NCBI RefSeq assembly: GCF_006345805.1
Contig: NW_021835660.1
Location: forward strand, 1 to 26,076
DNA length: 26,076 nucleotides
Direction of reading: 5' to 3'
From: Octopus sinensis
Taxonomy: Eukaryota
A program made the position numbers and the translations under genes. Shown one piece after another: positions 20,248 to 26,076 of this stretch (positions within the stretch are counted from its first letter, which is position 1; each line of letters begins with the position of its first letter). The notes beneath the pieces were generated by a model. It searched no databases. It saw nothing but the letters and a program-made list of their open reading frames with translations, and was not told where the DNA came from.

Positions 20248-21169
20248 GATATATCTTTATTTCTATTATTACTGCTATTATATACAACGACTACACACAG
20301 TGAATTTCGACAATGCACTCTTGTAGCATCATATTCGTGTCTTTAGAGCAGAGTTTTTTTCCACAAAAGAATACAGTCACGACTTCTTAGCAAGCCATTC
20401 CACTGTTTTTCGCCATTTTTCAAAGCTTTCTACATCAAAAATTATATTTTCGTTTGTCATTTTTGCATTATGTTCTTTACATTTTACAAATATTTTTTTT
20501 CTTACTTTAATTAGTAAAATGATATTTGAAGACGAAAACTAAATATTTTTAGTCTTCCATCATTTTGTGATTTTGTCAAATGTCTTGAATGTTTTACTGC
20601 TTTGTGTTTCTGTGCGTGTGTTGTACATGCATGTACACACACACACGCACACACACACACACGCACACACACGCACACACATGAATCCATGATTTTAAGC
20701 ATATATGTGTATGTATGTGTGTATATATATATGTATATATACATTCATACATATATATATACACATATGCTTGTATGTGTGTGTGTATGTGAGTGTATTC
20801 ATATATCTGCAAAGATGCATATATATATAGTGTTATATATATATATATATATCACATATGTAAAAATGTATTTATACATACGTATACATATTTAGATGCG
20901 TATACATATATGCATACATATGTGTACATAACAAAATATTTTCATGTATGTGTGCATATATATATATAATGATATGTATATGGATGCGTATTTATTGTAC
21001 ATATATATTTACAAATAAATCTATATCAACATATCTATAATTTACAACTATATACATACGTTAAAAAACATATATACACATATACATTATAAAACGTTAT
21101 ACTTATATATCTGTGTGTGTAAGAATGCTTATGCATGCATATGTGTACATTAACATACACGTACGTACG

Positions 21170-21265
21170 TCTATGTATGTATGTATGTATGTATGTATGT
21201 ATGTATGTATGTATGTATGTATGTATGTATGTAGGTATGTATGTATGTATGTGTGTGTGTATGTA
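21170..21265. repeat. (TATG)n microsatellite
   Basis: Seen directly. Confidence 0.97.
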
Positions 21266-21427
21266 TCTGCGTATGTCTATGCTCACATTTCGAAATTGGA
21301 AAAATTAATGGAACCTCAATATTTTAGAATTTAAGGCATCCAAGATAGCTTTTCACATAATATAGAATATTTTTAACAATGGCAAATTTTGCTGTAAGTA
21401 TGAAATATATACAATATCTTATTATTT

Positions 21428-21535
21428 AAGGCGGCGAGCTGGCAGAATCGTTAGCACACCGGGCAGAATGCTCAGCGGTATTTCGTCTGCCGCTACGTTC
21501 TGAGTTCATACTCCGCTAAGGTCTACTTTTATTCG
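21428..21535 (+). mobile_element. SINE 5' half
   Basis: aaggcggcgagctggcagaatcgttagcacaccggg...tacgttctgagttcatactccg. Confidence 0.8.
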
Positions 21536-21609
21536 TCATTTGCATAGCATTCTAACTCCACTTTAACACGTCTGGTAAAAACGTGTGACCCACTGGTAAG
21601 TGTGTCGTA

Positions 21610-21730
21610 TTTCCGACCGCTATGAATCTTGGCTACAGTTCCCGGACAGGGTGGGACGCTGTGTTCGCAGGTAACATACTTCATTTAACGCTGCTCCAGT
21701 TCCATCAGCTGTAAATAAGTAAATGGTGGA
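21610..21730 (+). mobile_element. Probable SINE fragment of a second family
   Basis: cagttcccggac...cgctgtgttc...acatacttcatttaacgctgctccag...aaataagtaa, a layout typical of tRNA-SINE bodies. Confidence 0.4.
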
Positions 21731-21789
21731 CTTTGTATTGTTGGAAAACATATATAGTCTCCTTGGAATCTTACTTCAGATTCATGGAA

Positions 21790-22026
21790 CTCACTCCTAT
21801 AACTTCATAAGGATATTTACACTCTCTAAGATATTTGGAAAACCTATATGTGATTTAGCTGATGAATACTTGACATTATATTTGCTGTAATATTTGCAGC
21901 TTGAAATAAAATGTTAATAGTATGAAACAATTGTACTAATCTACTGATCCATTCTTGTTGCTTTTTTCTTGGTTATAATCACCCCACATAATTTTATGGT
22001 TAATACCATAAAGAATTCTGGTGCAT
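21790..22026 (+). mobile_element. Solo, diverged PLE pseudo-LTR related to 10860-11158
   Basis: Aligns by eye with 10930-11158 (tgatccattcttgttgcttttttctt, ataatcacccc, ttctggtgca). Ends in (TA)n. Confidence 0.8.
21852..21941 (+). ncRNA. Type I hammerhead ribozyme with 48-nt stem II insert, covarying copy
   Basis: Stem I UUAG/CUAA. Core CUGAUGA (21859-21865). Stem II AUACU (21866-21870) / AGUAU (21919-21923). GAA. Palindrome ACAAUUGU (21927-21934). GUA triplet. Confidence 0.82.
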
Positions 22027-22165
22027 ATAATATATATATATATATATTATATAATACAAACATGCCATAAAACGTCGTTTTATGTTCATTCTAACTTGTA
22101 AAGGCTTATATTTTTTTATTAATTGACATTTTTATGTTTCAAGTTATATATGTGACTGTTTAATT

Positions 22166-23150
22166 ATGCCATGTACAAAAGAAGCCTTGGCACTCTCTGA
22201 ATTTCAGAAAGGCTGCATTGTGAGTCATTCTGAAGGTGACATAAAATCGCAGAAAACCTTGGGATCCCGATTTCTACAGTTAATAGAGTGATTGTGAAAT
22301 TCACCAGAGTGGGGAAAGAGTCCACATCACCGCGTCCAGATAAACCAGGGCCCGCTGACAGGACCCTTCTCTTTAAGAGAAGTGTAGAGGATAATCCTCA
22401 TTGCAAGGCCTCTGACAGAGCAGAACAAATTGATGTCAGTCTCAGAACAGCTGTTCGGTATCTCCATAAACTTGATTACTATGGGAGAGCAGCAAGAAGA
22501 AAGCCACTTCTTCGACCAGCCAACATCAAGCGGAGAAAGGATTTGGCCAGTGAGATGGTGGAGAGTCCACAAGCATTTTGGAACACTGTCATATTCTCTG
22601 ACGATTCCAGGTTTGCTGCTTTTCCTGAGAGTAGTCGAGCGTGGGTCTGGATACTGAGATCAAAATTTGATGCGAAAAGATTGCAGCCAACAATCCGTGA
22701 TGGCCTGGGAAGCAATTTGGAGAGATGGTTGATCAGAGCTGGTGGAGTGTGATGGAAACATAAACTCAGACACATATGAGTCCATATTGCAGAAAGGACT
22801 CCTTTCAAACTTCTCCACTGGTGAAATGATTAATGAAAATTCTTTAAATATTGAAGAGGGAGCTTTTTGTCACACGGCTAGAACAACCCTAGATTTGTTG
22901 TATGAAAATAGCATTAAAAATCTTCCTTGGCCAAGCCAGTCACCAGATATGAACCCTATTAAGCTCCTCTGAGACATAACGGACAGGAGACTTCATAAAA
23001 GGAACAAGAAAGCACCTTCAAAGCCAAATCTTTTGAGATTACTGCATGAAACTTGGCAAGAAATTCCGCAAGAGAACATTCGTCATCTGTCAATAACATG
23101 CCAATAAGATCCTTGCATTGAAAAATACAAAGGGCATGTCTACTAAATAA
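22166..23150 (+). pseudogene. Tc1-family (DD34E) transposase, frameshifted
   Basis: LSEFQKGCIV / IAENLGIPISTVNRVIVKF...GRAARRKPLL...FWNTVIFSDDSRF...WPSQSPDMNPI...KGMSTK*. A possible right TIR lies at ~23212-23245; no left TIR is recognisable. Confidence 0.9.
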
Positions 23151-23291
23151 TAAATATTCACATTATAATTTGATTGTATAATTTCAGATTTAAATAAATG
23201 TTAATGATTATAAGGGTGTCTATTTACTCCTGTTATGTGTGTGTGTCAATGTTTAAATGCATATATCTGTTTATGTATGTGTATATATATG

Positions 23292-23328
<37 letters not shown>

Positions 23329-23438
23329 TTAAAATTGAAATGAGGGTGAAAAATTGAATATTAATTTGATAACATCAATATAACACCAGTGGTCTAGCAT
23401 ATTAAAAAAACTGAGGTCAGTAAATAGTATTACATACA

Positions 23439-23572
23439 TATAAGAGGGAATTACCACTAGTGGAAACCCTATGCTAGAAGAAGATCCGCTATGGTCTTAC
23501 ACTAATTCTTAGTGGTAAGACCATAGCGGATCTTCTTCTAGCATAAGGCTTCCACATAGTGGTAAATTCCCT

Positions 23573-23578
<6 letters not shown>
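23439..23578. repeat. 140-bp near-perfect palindrome (about 68-bp arms, 3-nt loop) flanked by TA
   Basis: tataagagggaatt...ggtcttacactaa-ttc-ttagtggtaagacc...aattccctcttata, with only a few mismatches or bulges. Confidence 0.92.
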
Positions 23579-23608
<30 letters not shown>

Positions 23609-23738
23609 CTGTGAAGTGTGTGTGTGTGTCATCATACATGTAGCATGTGTAGTTTTTTCGACAATATCAACAGCCTATATTTTGGAACAAGGAATAATTT
23701 ATAGTTTACTGTCTGCTAGTCCTCAATAACAACTGTCT

Positions 23739-24030
23739 TCATAAGATTTATGTCATGATACGACTCATCATTATATCCATGTCATGTCCTAAGTTTTATC
23801 ATAAGAGTCATCATTAAATCTATGCCATGCCATAAGGCTTGTCATAAGATCAATATTATATCATAAAGTTCATCATAAAATCAATGATTTGTCATAAGAT
23901 TCATCATAAAATTCATGCCAAGTCATGAGATTCATCAAAAGATTTATAGCGTCATAAAATTCCTCTTGAGATTCATCATAAGATTCATGCCGCGTCATAA
24001 GTTTTATCATAAAATTTATGTCATGACAAG
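23739..24030. repeat. Degenerate minisatellite built on tcataagatt(c)a / gtcat motifs
   Basis: About 20 recurrences of tcataa/tcatga at ~12-17 bp spacing. Confidence 0.8.
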
Positions 24031-24669
24031 TAATAGGATTGGGCTGAACTTAAAATAAAATAAGATATTCTTGTTTGTCCTTCGCTGTTTATAAAGAAAT
24101 CAACAATATCATTTGATATTGAAACCCAAACAGGAAAGGAATGATTATAAGAACCAAAAATAAAACCGGTCAAAATAGATTGTTTTCGCCACAGAAGGCT
24201 ATCAAACTTTGTACTGACAGCTTTTCGTTAGTAGCTGACAACCTCAAGAATAAAAATCTTCTGCCGAAAATGAAAGCTTTTCCATTCACTTTTAGGCGTC
24301 GCAAGACTTTTTTTTAATTTTAATTTTTGACTAATAATATAATTCTGACAGATGTTTACGTAGATTATGATTAATATCAATATTTAATAAGCTTCTTATA
24401 TCCAATAAACAGAGTGGAAAGTGGGTCGAACCTCATACTTGAGCAAAATGTTTACCAGTTCAATATTGATCAGTGGTTAATATTTGATGCCTTGCGAGTG
24501 ATTTACAAATCTCTTTGGTGACATGGTTTCTGTCTTCTTATCATTTGTTCTTATCATTCTCAGTCTAAGCGTGTGTCCCAATGGTTAGGACGTACCACCA
24601 CGATGGTAATGTCGTGGATTCAACTCTTGGTCCAGACACACATGTAATAACTGGAGGTTAGAGAGCTTC

Positions 24670-24722
24670 ACTACCAGGAATTGATCCCACGACCTTACGA
24701 TCATGAGCCAAACACCTCTAAA
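24670..24722 (-). mobile_element. tRNA-like SINE head
   Basis: Minus strand gaggtgtttggctcatgatcgtaaggtcgtgggatcaattcctgg, with an anticodon-arm-like segment and B-box-like end but no full cloverleaf. Confidence 0.5.
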
Positions 24723-24746
24723 TTCTAGGCTCCGTAAGACTATACA

Positions 24747-24793
<47 letters not shown>

Positions 24794-24884
24794 ATATATG
24801 TGCACTCATTCGTGGTACCTTACAAAGCATCTAAACAAAATTTGTACATTCATCTCTTAACATTCGCATTAACCTTCAAGTACA

Positions 24885-25067
24885 GATATGGCTGTGAGGT
24901 TAAGGAATTCGTTTTGAAAACGCGTATTCAGTACCACTTTCGGGTTCAGTCCCGCTGCGCAGTACCTTAGTCAAGAATTTTCTACCGTACACCAAGAGCA
25001 GATCAGTGCCTAATGAGTGAGTTTGAAAGACGGAAACAGAGTAGAAGCCCGCATTTTATACACCTCT

Positions 25068-25105
<38 letters not shown>

Positions 25106-25290
25106 TGTATGTTAGTACATCCAACACCCTGACAACTTGTGTTGGTTTGTTTGCATCCTCGTAACTTACCAGTTCGGCAAAGTATACAATAGAATAAGAA
25201 CCAGAATGAAAATAAAGGACAGAGGTCGAGTCAAAGTGGTGTCACAGCATGGTCGGTCGCTGTTCAATGACTGAAACAAGCAAAAGATTT
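24885..25290 (+). mobile_element. Near full-length tRNA-related SINE with internal (GT)n
   Basis: atatggctgtgaggttaag...gggttcagtcccgctgcgc...gacggaaac...cgtaactta...cagcatggtcg...aatgactgaaacaag. Confidence 0.8.
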
Positions 25291-25496
25291 ATCATATATG
25301 TGTATATATATATATACGCAGAAGAATTTGTATGCAATACACACTATATATTATATATGTGTGTGTTAAGAGAGAGAAAGAGTATGTGTGTGTATTTGTG
25401 TGCTTGTGTGTGTGGGGGGGGGGATTAAATGACAAGGAAACTGCGCGAAAATATCTGAACTTTCCCAAGTGTAAAGGTTTTAATGTCACACAGGAA

Positions 25497-25588
25497 AAGA
25501 GAGAGAGAGAGAGAGACAGTCAGACAGAGAGCTAGATAGACAGACAGACAGAAAGGGAGTGGTTGAGGGAGAGAGAAACAGGCAAAGA

Positions 25589-25642
<54 letters not shown>

Positions 25643-25684
25643 GACTAAGAGAGAGAGAGAAACAAAAAGAGAGGGTAAGAGAGG
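25497..25684. repeat. (GA)n/(GACA)n purine-rich microsatellite
   Basis: Seen directly. Confidence 0.95.
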
Positions 25685-26076
25685 TGAATTTCTGGCATAG
25701 AAGTCTGGAAGTCTGGAATTTCTTTAATTAAAGATCATATTTTGCCAATTCCACATTTTCTTGTCACCACATCTGTCATCGTATAAAGAGTTGTTCTTTG
25801 TAAAATGGATCTCTGTCACTCTCGACGATGACTGTTGTCATATTTTGATCAACGGTTTGGCTTAGTGTCATTGAATTAACGTCTAAAATGGCTGAGAATT
25901 TCACAGGACAAGAGTACTTTTAACATAAATTTTAAGGAGGATCAGAGTAACACAATGCCCCACCCTTTGAATTACAGTAGGATCCCAAAGAGTTTAACTC
26001 TACCTAATAGCACACAGAAAAAATTCGGTTAACTCGAGTCTGTTGTAAAAGATATTTACCCAAAATACCCAAGGTG

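Noticed and set aside
21790-22026. Left TIR of the adjacent Tc1 transposase
   Set aside because: It has no inverted counterpart downstream of the transposase and is homologous to the PLE arm instead.
22288-22752. Functional 154-aa transposase gene
   Set aside because: It is one piece of a multiply frameshifted ORF, and the catalytic residues downstream are altered (EEGAFCH, NPIK).
24670-24722. tRNA gene
   Set aside because: Only a partial tRNA-like head; no acceptor stem or full cloverleaf.
25780-26030. Short frames on both strands (MAENFTGQEYF... and VNSMTLSQTVDQ...)
   Set aside because: Both are under 60 aa, mutually antisense and without a recognisable motif, so neither can be supported.

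Overview
AT-rich, microsatellite-dense metazoan DNA. The SINE and microsatellite repertoire suggests a cephalopod such as Octopus (inference, not checked). I see no intact or confidently identifiable host gene. The window is a mosaic of decayed mobile elements: a CR1-like RT fragment, a 5'-truncated L1/Tx1 element with an 8-bp TSD, a full-length decayed mariner, a decayed Tc1 transposase, an RTE 3' end, R4/Dong-like RLE LINE fragments with (TAA)n-bounded partner elements, and many tRNA-type SINEs. The main finding is a set of Penelope-like (PLE) relics carrying type I hammerhead ribozymes. Three copies (10092-10180 minus, 10984-11072 plus, 21852-21941 plus) have a perfect catalytic core, a palindromic stem III (ACAAUUGU), a GUA cleavage triplet and an unusual 48-nt structured insert in stem II. 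The diverged third copy shows four compensatory base-pair changes. Two long inverted-repeat structures (4525-7604, 10056-11108) and a 136-bp MITE look-alike (3182-3317) appear to be inverted PLE pseudo-LTRs rather than DNA-transposon TIRs. All alignments and folds were done by eye, and ribozyme activity is untested.
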